Positions 63,551 through 64,000 of a stretch of 64,000 bases of DNA are shown piece by piece. The position numbers and the translations under genes are program-made. Each line of letters begins with the position of its first letter. Position 1 is the first letter of the stretch. The notes beneath the pieces were generated by a model, which searched no databases, was not told where the DNA came from, and saw only the letters and a list, made by a program, of their open reading frames with translations. Source of the stretch: Treponemataceae bacterium (GTDB taxonomy: Bacteria > Spirochaetota > Spirochaetia > Treponematales > Rectinemataceae); assembly GCA_963677895.2 (NCBI GenBank), contig CAXXGJ010000002.1, positions 341,083-405,082 on the forward strand, given 5' to 3'.

Positions 63551-64000
63551 GCATCTTTCCGTCCGGGACTTTGCGCTCATCGACGCGGCGGAAGTTGAAT
63601 TCTCGGATGGCCTCGTTCTTTTCACCGGAGAAACCGGTGCCGGAAAATCGCTCATCGTGGGAGCGATAGGATTCCTTTTCGGGGGCAGGGCGGATTCGGG
63701 AGTGATACGCGAAGGCTCCGACGAGTGCACGGTCTCCGCCATTCTCGATATCGCGCGGAACAAATCGGCTCTGGCCTGGCTCAGGGAGCATGATATTCCC
63801 GAGGAAGAAGGAACCCTCAACCTGAGACGGGGATTGCGCAACAACGGCAGATCCTACGCCTATATTCAGAACCGGGCGGTAAGCAGGGCCGATCTGGCGG
63901 ACTTCACTTCCTTGATCGCCGACATCCATGGGCAGCACGAGCATCAGACGCTTCTGGACAAGGAAAGCCATTTGGTCTTCCTGGACAGTTTCGCGGGATT
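63543..64000 (+). CDS. recN: DNA repair protein RecN, 3' end outside the window
   Basis: Read by hand: MLEHLSVRDFALID...FTGETGAGKSLIVGA...DIHGQHEHQTLL; follows nadK. Confidence 0.93.
   Translation, partial: MLEHLSVRDFALIDAAEVEFSDGLVLFTGETGAGKSLIVGAIGFLFGGRADSGVIREGSDECTVSAILDIARNKSALAWLREHDIPEEEGTLNLRRGLRNNGRSYAYIQNRAVSRADLADFTSLIADIHGQHEHQTLLDKESHLVFLDSFAG

Overview
GC-rich chromosomal window from an anaerobic spirochaete. The 16S rRNA and several conserved hypothetical proteins look like Treponematales, Rectinema/Treponema-like. In order it carries: a BMP-family binding protein (cut off at the left edge); an L-rhamnose uptake and catabolism cluster with its own YesM/YesN-type two-component system but no rhamnulokinase; a Ser/Thr kinase and a TPR protein; a multimeric electron-bifurcating-type [FeFe]-hydrogenase operon (Hnd/HydABC-like) with an inserted HATPase gene; housekeeping and signalling genes (mobB, Rsm22-like methyltransferase, GAF-GGDEF, msrB, nadE, lgt, ctpA, rsmE, sigma54 activator, STAS-CesT-pspA locus, murA, PP2C, pyrC); argCJBD; mnmE-mnmG; pgsA; a complete 16S-tRNA(Ala)-23S-5S operon; and DegT-like-nadK-recN (cut off at the right edge). 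I found no mobile element, prophage or CRISPR array. Five single-base frameshifts, several in housekeeping genes, most likely reflect long-read indel errors. The most notable unannotated signals are (1) a candidate 29-aa Arg-Arg-terminated leader peptide with ARG-box-like sites and an RBS-sequestering hairpin upstream of argC, (2) a leaderless promoter architecture at about ten genes, (3) an 11-bp-phased DnaA-box array between two convergent genes, and (4) a secreted cytochrome c'/b562-like protein lacking the CxxCH cysteines.
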